Assembly: GCA_008369845.1 (NCBI GenBank)
Contig: MRSU01001220.1
Span: 1 to 49,192 of the forward strand
Reading direction: 5' to 3'
DNA: 49,192 nt
Source: Trichomonas gallinae
Taxonomy: Eukaryota
A program made the translations under genes and the position numbers. The notes under the pieces are model-generated. The model worked only from the letters and a program-made list of their open reading frames with translations. It had not been told where the DNA came from and made no database searches. Below, in pieces: positions 32,690 through 44,549 of this stretch. Positions within the stretch are counted from its first letter, which is position 1. Every line of letters begins with the position of its first letter.

Positions 32690-33847
32690 CTATTTTGGTT
32701 TTTCTTCTTCTTTCTTCTTCTTAAGAGCAGCAATTTCACCCTGTAATTGTGTAATTTTTTCTTTTAATTTTGCCTGTAAATTCTCGTTCTTAGTTTCACC
32801 CAGTCTTTTAACTCTGGCAGCCAAATCTGCCTCAAGTGCAGCTATTTGTGAATCAATGTTGTTTTCCTCTTCTTCTTCCTCATCAGAACTTGATGATTCT
32901 GATTCTGATTCTTGAGCGGCAGATGATTCTCTCTTTGGTGATCCCTGTTCTGATTGCTCTGATTCTTGCTTTGACTCTTTCTCGTCTTCAGTTTGTTCTG
33001 AAGAAGATTCTTCTTCACCCGAAGATGATTCTTCTTCTGATGAAGATCCACTGTCAGGTGCCGCAGATGATAACTGAGACAATAAATCCGCATCAGATAA
33101 ATCTTCTTGATCTTTATTTTCTTGGAATTCTTCTAAAATTCCTTCTCGGAAGTGAACAATTGGATCTTGTTCTGTTACAGTTTTAATCAAATCTTCATCA
33201 GGAATGTTTGCTCCTGAGTATCCTTTGTATTGTGGCCCTTTATTTGTTCGAAGAACTTTTTCAAGAACAATTGGATCAATATCAGGCTCTAGGAAAAATT
33301 CGTGACGAGTAATTGGCTTTGCTTGCTTATCTTTTGCTAACAAAGCTGAAAGCTGAATTTCGACCATCTCCCAATATTCAATTCCTTCGATCGAATTTGA
33401 TTCATCTGAATTTCTTTCTCTGACTGATTCCTTTTGAGCTTCACGTCTCTCGAGAATGTTCACTGTAGGTGGAGTAATACCACTTTCAACAGTATTGTCT
33501 TCTCTAATTGGTGGTGGAATTTTACGGTAAACAATTAATATTTCTCCGATATCAGCTGATTTGTATAAGTGAGATCCATTTACAGATCTATGAGATTCTA
33601 CCATTGTCGGTAAATTGACTAAAACACCATTCAAAACTTCTGTTCCTATCTTAAGCGTCGCATGTACTTTATCATTAAACTGGATTTCGATATCTTGGAA
33701 TGTTGAATCATTCATATACTGGATTAAATCGGATGCGATATCTATAGGGAACCTGACAATGATCTGTTCTTCCAGGTAAGGATGATGATATGGCTCATCT
33801 TCATCTGTACTTGGCTTTACCTTACTTTTAGGCTTACTACTAGACAT
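32690..33847 (-). CDS. TAF7: TFIID subunit TAF7 (TAFII55 N-terminal domain)
   Basis: LEEQIIVRFP, LVNLPTMVESHRS, LYKSADIGEILI, SGITPP; acidic Ser-rich linker; C-terminal coiled coil. Confidence 0.88.
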   Translation of the reverse strand: MSSSKPKSKVKPSTDEDEPYHHPYLEEQIIVRFPIDIASDLIQYMNDSTFQDIEIQFNDKVHATLKIGTEVLNGVLVNLPTMVESHRSVNGSHLYKSADIGEILIVYRKIPPPIREDNTVESGITPPTVNILERREAQKESVRERNSDESNSIEGIEYWEMVEIQLSALLAKDKQAKPITRHEFFLEPDIDPIVLEKVLRTNKGPQYKGYSGANIPDEDLIKTVTEQDPIVHFREGILEEFQENKDQEDLSDADLLSQLSSAAPDSGSSSEEESSSGEEESSSEQTEDEKESKQESEQSEQGSPKRESSAAQESESESSSSDEEEEEENNIDSQIAALEADLAARVKRLGETKNENLQAKLKEKITQLQGEIAALKKKKEEEKPK

Positions 33848-34321
33848 TATGATTTTTCACATGTCATGTAAAATAATATTTGACATGTAGACAGTCAAAT
33901 TTTTTTTGTTTTTGACTCCAATCTCATCTAAGACAAAGCAAATAAATACAGATTTCCTCAGTGTTTTGAATGCATATAATAAAAGCTTTTCATTCAAATA
34001 TCGCAGTCTAAAATAGATATATTTTGTTCCTGATCCAATTGCTTTCAGATATAATATAATTTTTGAATGTTTGTGTTGCAATCTATTAAGATTATCACTA
34101 TTCATGTTTCGAGCAATGAATGCATGAACAAAGAAATTAAAAAAGAAACAACTATATATAGAAGAAATATTTTAAAAATAGAAGGTTGCAAATATATAAA
34201 TTCAACAACAAACAAAAATAAAAAAAAAATTAATATTGAATACTGAATTTCAAAAGTTTGGTCTGAAACGATAGGTCGAATAAGTGTACCAAAAAACGGA
34301 CTACTATTAAACACTTACCAA

Positions 34322-35512
34322 TTATATGTACTGATCGAATGAAAAATTGGAAAAATCTCCAGGATCAGGAGCTTCGTCAGAAATGGAAAACTGCTCAGGT
34401 GGGAATGAAATGTCGCTGAATGTGGGGTCAGATGTTTGAGGCATTGGAGAAACTGGTTGTGATGCAGATTTTACTTTCATCATGTATTCATCTGTTTTAT
34501 GTGAGTAATAAAGATGTTTTATCTCAGCTGGTGCACCGCAAATAGGACACTGCCAACGATTCATAATCATTGCAAGTTTAATGAACTGCTTAAGATTAAA
34601 GCATTGAGAGTGCTCGCAGAAACACGAACGTCCTGGGTACTTCAGAATGGCTGCAGGGCGAGGTGAAAATATTTCAGCATGAGTTTCATCCATGAAATCT
34701 TTTGGATATGATTTGTTTTTGATAGATTGTACTATTTGACTGATCGAAACGAATTTAACAACTCTAAGAAGCAAAACGTAAGGGCGATTTTCTGGTTCGC
34801 AAGTAATTGCCAATGTAAAGTTAGGTAAAAAGTCTGATAGGTCGATATTTATATAGTTGCATTCGAATTTGGAGTTAAATGTAGGTGATTTCACAAGGGA
34901 TCCGTTGATCCAAATTGATAATGTTTTTGGCCAACCAACTGTAGCTGGCGCAACACCAGCAATGAAACTTTGCAGTATAACGTTACAGCCTGATGGTATT
35001 TTTTCGATTTTGAAAAATTTAGCAAATTTCATTGTTCCAACTATGACAGGTGTTGGCATTAGCATGCTTTCCTCTTGGCAATGTACGAAACGAATATCAT
35101 TTAGTGGATAACTAGTAACAGGTCCTGTTCCCTGTGGAGATGGAAGCTGAGTCGACACTTTCACTACTCTATCATACAATTTAGTCAGATATTCTAGTTT
35201 GTCTGTTTCTGTAGCTTTAATATTTTCGACACAAGTTAAAATTTTTTCACGTGTTGGATCCGGTATCTGAAGCGCTTGAGCAACAAACCTTAGTTGTGTA
35301 TCGTTAAGTGTAGAGAATTGTACGTAGATTTCTTCTGGTGTGTAAGCCTTTCTTACGATATTTTGATTATAATTAAAAAAATTCTTTTTGTTGTTATCGA
35401 TTTTATTTGAAGCAGCAGAAAGAAAGATTTTTCCTCCCTTTTCTATAGAATGAGCTCTACGAAATGTTGAAAAATCGCCGTCCGCTGAAGGAAATAAACC
35501 TAGCCTTTTCAT
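34322..35512 (-). CDS. MIZ/SP-RING zinc-finger protein (PIAS/Siz-like SUMO E3 candidate)
   Basis: PGRSCFCEHSQCFNL..WQCPICG; upstream PINIT-like WPKTLSIWING. Confidence 0.85.
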   Translation of the reverse strand: MKRLGLFPSADGDFSTFRRAHSIEKGGKIFLSAASNKIDNNKKNFFNYNQNIVRKAYTPEEIYVQFSTLNDTQLRFVAQALQIPDPTREKILTCVENIKATETDKLEYLTKLYDRVVKVSTQLPSPQGTGPVTSYPLNDIRFVHCQEESMLMPTPVIVGTMKFAKFFKIEKIPSGCNVILQSFIAGVAPATVGWPKTLSIWINGSLVKSPTFNSKFECNYINIDLSDFLPNFTLAITCEPENRPYVLLLRVVKFVSISQIVQSIKNKSYPKDFMDETHAEIFSPRPAAILKYPGRSCFCEHSQCFNLKQFIKLAMIMNRWQCPICGAPAEIKHLYYSHKTDEYMMKVKSASQPVSPMPQTSDPTFSDISFPPEQFSISDEAPDPGDFSNFSFDQYI

Positions 35513-36545
35513 TAGATTTTGATTATTGTTTTAGAAGATTTTACTTAAAAAAAATCACTGATATAATATAGATAAAATGATATATAATTATCGATTTGTA
35601 AATTTTGAAAAGTGACAAATTTTGCAAAAAAAAATGTTTGTTTGGACTTCAATAATGAATAACTCTCCATTTCTATCAATGTTTTCACTTCTGTGAGCCT
35701 TGTGCTTTATCTCTGATTAGCATTAGAACGAATCTAAGAAATATTCATATTAATTTGTTCCACAAACTTATATCGTTCCTAGAAAAATCAGAATTTTACG
35801 AGGGATATTAACTAAATCAGCATGAACAAATCAGCAATTTCTCATGATCTCAAATTTCTCTCGAATTTTGAAGCTAATGTTTGGGAAATAGTAAAGACTT
35901 AAAATCATCTATACACATAAAGCAAAAAATAATGTATTCGTCTCAATGAGATTTAAAAAGAATTGAAGTCAATTGTGCACTATCTAATGAATATAATAGC
36001 TATTAGTATACAATAACAAATGTATAGATTTGAAAGATATTCATTTAAAATATTAATTTTTTAATTCCAACGATAAGTCTTGATTTTATATATCATTAAA
36101 GCTTGATGTTTGGCATTGTTTATTATCTTTTTTAGTAATTTGTTGAAAAATATCATATTCTTTCTAATTACTGTGTATTATGAATCATTTTTGAAAGAGC
36201 AAAATAGTTTTGCAAAATTTTAGAAAAAATTTATTTATCTTCACTTTCTATCGATATTTTCGATAATGAATTAATAATTAATATAGTAATATTATAGTAA
36301 TATTTTAAATATCAATCAAATTTAATTAATCATTGTGCAATGTTCATAATAATTTAAATCATCAAAATTATTTCGATATTTAGTTTTAATATTCAATCCA
36401 TTAAACAAATCAAAGGACAAAATCGGTTTTTCAGTATTATGATTTGATATTTTGCATGTAGTCATTAAATTAATTTGAATGACATCCATCTGTACTCTAA
36501 TATAGGACTTCGCCGAACTACAAAGAAAGTTCGTCATAATTTTTG

Positions 36546-39500
36546 ATGGAGATATTTCCATGTTTCTTCAATCTTTCAGATAGTTTTTTAAATGAAGACA
36601 TCGCCAAGAATTATCTTAAAGCATTCTTGGAGTCGATTGAAGAAAGCGCTAATTCCAATATTTATGACATTTCCAAAATTAATGAAATAATCTCAAGCGC
36701 AAACTATCTCAAAAAAGTAGAGCTTCTAAGTGTATTATGTGACTTCTACTCGATTGTCAAAATTCAGGAAACAATTTCTTCGCCATCCAACGCACAAAGA
36801 TATTTATATGCAGCATCTTATTTCTTTCATCAATTGGAGCCAGAAGACCGACCAAATACGTTGAAGAAAGGCAATACAGCTATTCAAATTCTTAATAAAG
36901 AACTTAATAAGAAAAGTAAGTTTTCTCACGAAATCCTTCTTTCAATCGGATTCTATTTATCGCGAATTGCTCTTACATACGATACTACAGTTATTTCTGA
37001 TGCTGATTTTGAAATATTCTCGAATTTAATAAATAATGCCGCGAAGTCTCTTAAAATTGGAGCCGAATTAGGCGACAACTCATTGAAATTCTACTACATT
37101 TTCTTCGTCAACAGCATCTTAGGAGCTTCTAATCATATCAAAGTAAATCAAAGTCTTGTTTCTACTTTTGTCAACGCAATTAATATAATTTCCAAGACAT
37201 TCTCATCATGCTACGATGATACAATAAATTACGTCTATCTAATTACACAAATTTTAAGTGTTTTCGATAATGAAAAAATTCCACTTGAAATTCAACGAGA
37301 ACTGTTCTGTTTTCTCGGAAAATCGGCTTCAATATTATTAAATGCATTGAACTGTTTGTTCTATGATGATAATTTCGATATTTTCTGTAGAATTTCAGCA
37401 AAATTCCTTCAAAACGAGAAAGTTCAGCAACCAGACCGCAAAATATATACAAAAGAGTTCATCTCTAAGCTATATACACCATTAGTTCCACAAAAAACTT
37501 TGCTCACGCTTAATACTTTCAATTCGATGAAACCGCAGATAAAATACGTCGATGTTGAGACATTTTCTGGAATAAAGGCAAGCGTATTGGATTCTTATCC
37601 GAATTTAAAGCGAATTTGTCAAGCGTCAACATTATTATTTAAATATCAAGATGAACACTTGAAATCCGCTTTCCAGCTCAAGTATATCCAAACTATATAC
37701 GATAATAACGGTGAAAATGATTTATCGCCATTAATGATCTTAATCTGCTGCCATATTCCAGATATTCTCTCAATCAAGTTCTCTACTTCAGAGCAAGAGC
37801 TAATTTCATCCAAAGTCCCAGATATATTACTCGAATTCGTCGCAAAGTGTCCAAATGAGCCAATCGAAGAAATAATTTTATCAACAATGGGATACGTTTG
37901 GAATAAGACCTTGAATACTACAATATTGGATAAGGTATTCACGGCCTACGAGAATTCCATCTACACGATTAATTTAGACAAGACTATTAACAGATATATG
38001 CTGTCATTTTTAGAAACTGCGATTTCCAAAGGAGTTAACGTTGTCAGAGTCGTTGATATCGGTCAGAGAATTGCTAACCCGATATTTATCCTGCAAACTG
38101 TTTACGTAAATGCTTCCAATGAAGGATTATCTGAAATTCTTCCAAGAATTGAAGAAGTTCGTATCCATCACTTCAGCTTCATCTATGCAATGCTCCTCGA
38201 GAAGGAATTCTTCAGAATTTTAATTAATTCTGAATTTTTCATTCATTCGATTTTGCATTTGACCTACGAAGAGTCAATTTCACAGTTTATTTTCACATTC
38301 ATCAACAAGCTCATCTTGTACGATGACTCTGTTCAAAGCAAAGTCGATGTAATTTATTCATTTTTGGAAAAAGTTATGACTAGCAAGAATGGAGATGAAA
38401 AGATACCAGGAATCACAAAGACATTGCTCAGATCATTAATCGATGCATTTTCATCAAACAAATCTCAAATTTCAGATAAAATCTTTTCAACTTCAATTTT
38501 CGCCAATTTTGTTGACTACATCATTAAAATGAATGATATAGACTCTATGTGCGATCTCATTGACCTCACAGCTAAATTTGCTCAGAAAGATCAAATTATT
38601 TTCAGTGAAATTGATATTTTCGCGACATTTTTGCCATTGACGCAGTCAATACAGTTCAACACTAACTACACTGACGTCATTTTACGTAAATGCTGGGCAA
38701 TAATTTTTGGCGATAATTTAACAATGGACGAAATCCATCCAATCAAGAACGGATCTCCTCTCCCATTCATTTTCCAGTTCAGCAAGCAAACTGAAGGCGG
38801 ATTGCTTAAGTTTTTGATTTACATTTTCAAATGTTGCGAAAATGATGAAAATTCTACATGGGAAGTTACAAGCAGCGACTTGCCTTCGTCAATTCTCAAA
38901 GAAGTCAGTTTGTATCGTTCAGCAACTCAATTAACTCCAGAATTAGAAGCGTTATTGAAATTATTTGCATTTTTGTCTTCATATTCGATCAAAAGCAAAG
39001 ATTTACTCATGTTTTTCCAGAATTTCACAGTTATTCCTGGTAATTTGAGACCTTTCTTTACAAAAGAATTAACAACAACTTTATTGCTTCAATTCCAGAA
39101 ACCATTTGACTCCTCGATCTCATTCTTCAACATGTCCAGCGAAAACTCACAATTTGAGCTTGCTCCTTCAAAGAATATCTCGAATATTCAAGAATTTACA
39201 TTTTTCTGCGATTTCGAATTGTTAAGTGAGAAAATTCCAGAAGATAACATTTTCTTCAGCATCAAGAGCACAGAAGGATCAACAATTATCTTCAAATTCG
39301 CTGAAAGACAAATTAATTTTGAAATCAAGTCAAAGGATGCTAATTTAGCAACAGAAAAGTTCAATTACATCTTCTTGACGAAATCATGGACACATCTTGC
39401 GATTTCTTACAAGAATAACTCGATTTCATTATTTGTCCACGGAAAAGAGCAGCAATCGATCAAAACACCTAAGATATCTTTCGACGGTGATATCGCCGGA

Positions 39501-42500
39501 AGCTACGTTGCTAAGAATTTGCCATGCAACATTGCTCAATTTGCAATATTAAAATTGCAGCTTTCAAATCAGCAAATCAGCGACATTGCGGCATTACCTC
39601 GTGATATAATCTGCACATACAATGTCTCTGAGATGAGCTCGCTGCCAGAAAAGTTCCAGCCGCTTGCTGCAGGCGAAATTTACTTCTCAGCGCTTTATCT
39701 ATACAATGCCTGCGTCACTCTCGGCAGCCAGCCGCTCAATATCGCTCCTACAGCCACACACGACATTGCCAAGTTCACAGGCAACGTCAACAAACTTCCT
39801 CCGCCGGCCAAAGGCAACATTCGCTCAATTGGCGGCTCTAAAGTTTTCCTTCCTTTCTTAGCTTTGACGGAGAAGAAGATAAACGGCTGCGAGGATGAGA
39901 ACTTCGGCGAGGAGAGCCTCTGGATATTCATACAGGTCCTTTCCGACTATTTAAGGGACTCGGTACAAAATCAAATCGAGTTTTACAAGGCGAAATTCTT
40001 CGAAGTTGCTTCTTTCTTATTATCCAAACTTTCCATTTCTTGCATCACGCAAACAGTCGTCGAGCAGCTCCAGAGATTGTTGCTTAACATTACCTACACG
40101 CCTTTAGCAATTTCTTTCATACAAAACATAATGCTCGACTTCAGGATTTGGATTTATCAGCCGTTAAATATAATCGAGAACGTTTTGAATATCACTGCAG
40201 ATTATATACAGAAACTCCCACAAAGCATGAAGAAGACTTTCTCAAACAAATTCACTGTCTCTAGATTATTAACTGTCATGAAGGCATTTTTGTGGTCGAA
40301 GAAACTCGACGGAATTTCTTTGGTCGAAAAACCGAAAGTCAACGCAAACATAAATCAAATCGAAGCAGAACGTCCACAAGACACAGCGCAGATAAGAAAG
40401 GCCTTCTGGAAATTAATAACTTCGTGCATGGTTCTCGGCTGGAATGACCAAGAAGCATTCACTCTTTGCATGCATGCATCTGATCCAAACGATACAATCA
40501 TAGCATCAGAATGCATCACTTATCTCAACTCTATAATAGAAAACAGCAACTATCAGCCAACGATGTCTTTCTTCACATCGAGTACATTGATTTCTTTCCT
40601 TGATGTACTCGAAAAGGAGTCAAATCCAAAGCTTTTGATTAACTACATCAAACTGTTGATGATCTTGAATAATTTCGATCCGAAACTCAAGGAGATTTTC
40701 TTCGCTCCATTTTCTTTCAACGAGTGGCTCTTCATGTACATGATGAGCATGAACATGGGAGGAGCATCACCTGAATTCTGCAACATCGTTTTTAATCAAC
40801 TATTCACAACAGACACGAAAATAATTGAAGAGCCGTCAGTAGATTATTCTCAAGGTTTGCAAGACGTTTCCAATCTACAGTTTAACTCAACACAGTTCCT
40901 TCCGATGGCCTTGATGTCAGTTGTTTTCTTGAACGACGAAGAAGTTGCGAACGCTTTCATGAAGAAGATAGAATCAGCTGTTTTGAAGGATTCTGACGCA
41001 ATCTTTAAGATCCAGAACTACGACATTCCATTCATCTTCTTCATCATGCATAAGGTACCATTCACTAACATGGAGATTCCTCTATCAGCGAACACTGCCA
41101 TCAACATATTAGCGACTCTCTATGCGAACAACATTGAAGACTTGGAGAGGATAAACGCTGTCTGCAATTTAGTCGGCGAAAACCTAAATCACGACTATTC
41201 GCACGTCACGAGATTGATCTTCATATCTATCCTCAGGTCAAAGATTTTGCACACGACATCGAGTGTGCAAAAGAAATTGATTGACGCTTTGTTTAGGATC
41301 ATCTTCGAGTATTTGTTCTTTGTTCCAAACACATCCAAGTTCTTCAATTATGAAATAGAAGAGCCAGAATCCAAGCCAACATTCCAGGAATTCTACAAAG
41401 CTTTGATGGGCTGCGGCAATGCGGCTAAGGCAAATCTTTACTACCAGACTAGAACGAACAATAAATTCATTTGGGAAGACTACGAACTCGCCGAATTATT
41501 ACTTCAAGCGATGGAAACAGTCAAGGATGTGGTTTTCGTTCACTCATCGACAGCCCTTAAGTTCCCTCATTTCTATCTGATCTACGGCTTCACATTATCT
41601 ACTGGCTTGCAGCATAAGGCGCACTTCGAGTTGTTCTCTTCGCACATCAGAACATTGACAAACACTTTCCCGACAAAGGCTAAGCTTTCAGGCTCGTACA
41701 AGCAGTTATGGATCATGTACATGAGTGGCTTGATTCATACATATCTTGTCACAGACAGATATCATACTTCCCACTTGTATTTGCAGGAAGATTCGACGTC
41801 ATTCTCGAGAAACATTTATAACAATTACGGAATCAGGCTTAGATGGGGTGAATCAATCGACTCATTCGACAGCTGCTTCAAACAATACGGACATCATTTC
41901 GCGTATATGATCCTTGAGGAATTCGTTGAAATAGAAAACCAGCTGATAGAATATTCGAAGAACTTGACAAAGAACTACAACAAGCAGGCATTGGTTATTG
42001 CTGGTATCACAGAGAAACTCAACAAAGACTTTTTGGCGCATCAGAAGATACACAAGAACAACCTCGCGAAATTGCACATGAATCTTTGGCAATTCTCCGT
42101 CAACACGAAGAACAACTGGTACACAGCCAGCAAGATGTACTCCAAGATTGTCCAAGCGATGACGATCGAGAACGGACCATGGCGATCACCCGAAATCAAT
42201 CCTGAAGAACACTTCAAGCTTTCAAACAACATCGTCGCCGGAAACAGAAGAGGAATCTTGGTTGGATTGTCGAAATTCAATGATCACAAGGATGCATCTA
42301 AAGCGAGAGACCACAACAAAGACAAAGAGAACGACGCAAATGAATTGCTTAAAGAGAGAGCGAGATCTGAATTCAGGTTCACAGACGTCTTCAATGTTGG
42401 AACTGAGAATGAGGAAGAAGCTGTTTCTTCGTTCAAGAGCGAGTACGAAGATGTTTTGCTGCAGATTCCAGCCAAATTAGTAACGATGAAGAAAGTCCAC

Positions 42501-44549
42501 TCTGGAAGATTGTTTGTAACAATCAACTCTATATTGTATGAAGCATCAGATGCTGCTAAGAGCATCAAGATTCCGATAAGCAAGATCAAATCAATATTCT
42601 TCAGGTCTTATCTTCTTCTTGACACAGCCATCGAAATTTTCACTGAAGACTTCAGGGCCGTTTTCCTCGATTTCTCAGAAGGCCACAGGAAGATGGTCAT
42701 CGACAGCATCCTTTCTACGAATGTCAGTGCAGAGTTCATCCAGCAGACTAAGGAGGACATCAATCCATTGATCGCTGACGCCGTCAACAAATGGTGCAAC
42801 GGAAAGATGTCAAACTTCGACTATTTGATGAGAATCAACGTCCTCGCAGGCCGCTCTTACAACGATCTTAGCCAGTATCCGATATTCCCGTGGGTTATTC
42901 AGGACTACACGTCAGAGAAGCTCGACTTGAACAGGCTCGAAACATACAGAGATTTGACAATTCCAATCGGCGCGATAAACAAGCAGAGACTAAACTGGTG
43001 CAACGAGAGACTCGAGTTCTACAAAGATGACCCACTCCACGCTTTCCAGTACTCATCACTATACAGCAGCTCGGCGACAGTCATCGGCTACTTGATCAGA
43101 ATGGAGCCATTCACATCGCTTCACATTGCTCTCCAAAGCGGCAGATTCGACCACGCTGAGAGATTATTCCACAACATCGCTGAGGCTTGGAACTCAGTCA
43201 CACACTCTCAGATGGACTACAAGGAGCTGATCCCGGAGTTCTTCTATCTTCCTGACTTCTTGGTTAACAAAAACGGCTTCGATCTTGGAAAGTCATCAGT
43301 CTCATCCCCAACAGGTGATGTTGTTCTTCCGCCATGGGCAAAGAACGCTAACGACTTCATCGTGAAGAACAGGCAGGCTTTAGAATCTCCATACGTCACA
43401 GCCAAGCTCCACAGCTGGATTGATATGATATTCGGCATCACATCAAGAGGACCGAAAGCTTTGGAGATCAACAATTTGTACGATCCACAGTTCTTCGAGG
43501 AGATCATCACTAACCAGGTTAAAGCCGACAGAGAGCGCCTCCACTTCCTTCAGGAATACGTCGCCTGCTTCGGACAGGGAGCTCGCAAACTTTTCACCGA
43601 GCGTCACCCGATGAAGAGAATGATCATGCCTCCATTTACACCATGTCCGCGCAGCATTCAAGTCTTATTGGAGCTCGGAGGACGCAACTCCATTGTCTAC
43701 ATCGACCACCAGACATCATCATTCGTTCGTACTCTCAGCTCTTCCCTTCTCTACACGACATACAACATCAAAACGCAGGCGAAGAAGTCATCGCAGATCG
43801 ACATGCTCTGCGACTTTAGAAACGAAGACTACGAGAAAGTCCGCTCAATGGTTTCAATATCAGCTGAATACATCGTCTGGTCGATGCCATGGGACAACGG
43901 ATTCGTCATGACAAAGATCGACCCATTCGCGAATGTTCAAGTCTTCAGGGCTCACAATAACCACATCACATGTGTAGCAACAAGCAAGAACATCGTGATG
44001 ACTGGCTCATCAGATACATCTGCCATTTTATGGTACAGAGACTCTTTCTCAATTGCCTACAAGCACGAATCTCCTGTCACTGCTGTTTCCATCTGTGAAG
44101 ACACAAACATTGCAATCTCATGCTCAAGAGATGGAACAATTGCTGCAACTGTTGCTGCCACTGGACACCACATTCGCGCAATCCGCGAAAATCACGGAGT
44201 TCCTTCTTTCTGCAGGGCATTGATTGGAGGCGCAGTCTTCGTCTGCTTCAAGGGCAGCGATGAGGCAACGCTTTCTCTCTATGATGGCAACCTGAACATA
44301 ATCAGCGGCTTCTCAATCAAGGCTAAAATTGACGCAGTGAACGTTTTCGAGTGGACAGATGGAACTTACTTCGCTGTCGTCGGAATCAACTCGTCAGGAC
44401 TGATGATTATCCACATGCCTTCGCTTGAAGTCGTCTGGAAGGAGGAAAACGTCGACTTCGCTGTTTCTTCGATTGACTTCATCTACGAATCTAACACTGT
44501 TCTCTTTGGAACACAGAATGGAAAACTATTATCATTAGATCTTTTCTAA
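36546..44549 (+). CDS. Beige/BEACH domain protein (ConA-like, PH, BEACH, WD40)
   Basis: ATG 36546; WTHLAISY ConA-like; YLLLDTAIEIF PH; W.NGKMSNFDYLM.IN.LAGRSYNDLSQYPIFPWV, ELIPEFFYLP, LPPWA, WIDMIFG; C-terminal WD40 repeats. Confidence 0.96.
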   Translation: MEIFPCFFNLSDSFLNEDIAKNYLKAFLESIEESANSNIYDISKINEIISSANYLKKVELLSVLCDFYSIVKIQETISSPSNAQRYLYAASYFFHQLEPEDRPNTLKKGNTAIQILNKELNKKSKFSHEILLSIGFYLSRIALTYDTTVISDADFEIFSNLINNAAKSLKIGAELGDNSLKFYYIFFVNSILGASNHIKVNQSLVSTFVNAINIISKTFSSCYDDTINYVYLITQILSVFDNEKIPLEIQRELFCFLGKSASILLNALNCLFYDDNFDIFCRISAKFLQNEKVQQPDRKIYTKEFISKLYTPLVPQKTLLTLNTFNSMKPQIKYVDVETFSGIKASVLDSYPNLKRICQASTLLFKYQDEHLKSAFQLKYIQTIYDNNGENDLSPLMILICCHIPDILSIKFSTSEQELISSKVPDILLEFVAKCPNEPIEEIILSTMGYVWNKTLNTTILDKVFTAYENSIYTINLDKTINRYMLSFLETAISKGVNVVRVVDIGQRIANPIFILQTVYVNASNEGLSEILPRIEEVRIHHFSFIYAMLLEKEFFRILINSEFFIHSILHLTYEESISQFIFTFINKLILYDDSVQSKVDVIYSFLEKVMTSKNGDEKIPGITKTLLRSLIDAFSSNKSQISDKIFSTSIFANFVDYIIKMNDIDSMCDLIDLTAKFAQKDQIIFSEIDIFATFLPLTQSIQFNTNYTDVILRKCWAIIFGDNLTMDEIHPIKNGSPLPFIFQFSKQTEGGLLKFLIYIFKCCENDENSTWEVTSSDLPSSILKEVSLYRSATQLTPELEALLKLFAFLSSYSIKSKDLLMFFQNFTVIPGNLRPFFTKELTTTLLLQFQKPFDSSISFFNMSSENSQFELAPSKNISNIQEFTFFCDFELLSEKIPEDNIFFSIKSTEGSTIIFKFAERQINFEIKSKDANLATEKFNYIFLTKSWTHLAISYKNNSISLFVHGKEQQSIKTPKISFDGDIAGSYVAKNLPCNIAQFAILKLQLSNQQISDIAALPRDIICTYNVSEMSSLPEKFQPLAAGEIYFSALYLYNACVTLGSQPLNIAPTATHDIAKFTGNVNKLPPPAKGNIRSIGGSKVFLPFLALTEKKINGCEDENFGEESLWIFIQVLSDYLRDSVQNQIEFYKAKFFEVASFLLSKLSISCITQTVVEQLQRLLLNITYTPLAISFIQNIMLDFRIWIYQPLNIIENVLNITADYIQKLPQSMKKTFSNKFTVSRLLTVMKAFLWSKKLDGISLVEKPKVNANINQIEAERPQDTAQIRKAFWKLITSCMVLGWNDQEAFTLCMHASDPNDTIIASECITYLNSIIENSNYQPTMSFFTSSTLISFLDVLEKESNPKLLINYIKLLMILNNFDPKLKEIFFAPFSFNEWLFMYMMSMNMGGASPEFCNIVFNQLFTTDTKIIEEPSVDYSQGLQDVSNLQFNSTQFLPMALMSVVFLNDEEVANAFMKKIESAVLKDSDAIFKIQNYDIPFIFFIMHKVPFTNMEIPLSANTAINILATLYANNIEDLERINAVCNLVGENLNHDYSHVTRLIFISILRSKILHTTSSVQKKLIDALFRIIFEYLFFVPNTSKFFNYEIEEPESKPTFQEFYKALMGCGNAAKANLYYQTRTNNKFIWEDYELAELLLQAMETVKDVVFVHSSTALKFPHFYLIYGFTLSTGLQHKAHFELFSSHIRTLTNTFPTKAKLSGSYKQLWIMYMSGLIHTYLVTDRYHTSHLYLQEDSTSFSRNIYNNYGIRLRWGESIDSFDSCFKQYGHHFAYMILEEFVEIENQLIEYSKNLTKNYNKQALVIAGITEKLNKDFLAHQKIHKNNLAKLHMNLWQFSVNTKNNWYTASKMYSKIVQAMTIENGPWRSPEINPEEHFKLSNNIVAGNRRGILVGLSKFNDHKDASKARDHNKDKENDANELLKERARSEFRFTDVFNVGTENEEEAVSSFKSEYEDVLLQIPAKLVTMKKVHSGRLFVTINSILYEASDAAKSIKIPISKIKSIFFRSYLLLDTAIEIFTEDFRAVFLDFSEGHRKMVIDSILSTNVSAEFIQQTKEDINPLIADAVNKWCNGKMSNFDYLMRINVLAGRSYNDLSQYPIFPWVIQDYTSEKLDLNRLETYRDLTIPIGAINKQRLNWCNERLEFYKDDPLHAFQYSSLYSSSATVIGYLIRMEPFTSLHIALQSGRFDHAERLFHNIAEAWNSVTHSQMDYKELIPEFFYLPDFLVNKNGFDLGKSSVSSPTGDVVLPPWAKNANDFIVKNRQALESPYVTAKLHSWIDMIFGITSRGPKALEINNLYDPQFFEEIITNQVKADRERLHFLQEYVACFGQGARKLFTERHPMKRMIMPPFTPCPRSIQVLLELGGRNSIVYIDHQTSSFVRTLSSSLLYTTYNIKTQAKKSSQIDMLCDFRNEDYEKVRSMVSISAEYIVWSMPWDNGFVMTKIDPFANVQVFRAHNNHITCVATSKNIVMTGSSDTSAILWYRDSFSIAYKHESPVTAVSICEDTNIAISCSRDGTIAATVAATGHHIRAIRENHGVPSFCRALIGGAVFVCFKGSDEATLSLYDGNLNIISGFSIKAKIDAVNVFEWTDGTYFAVVGINSSGLMIIHMPSLEVVWKEENVDFAVSSIDFIYESNTVLFGTQNGKLLSLDLF

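Noticed and set aside
34660..34680. Loss of the first Cys of the SP-RING (FSP instead of CP)
   Set aside because: The CxH and CxxC zinc ligands are intact, so there is no good reason to call it inactive
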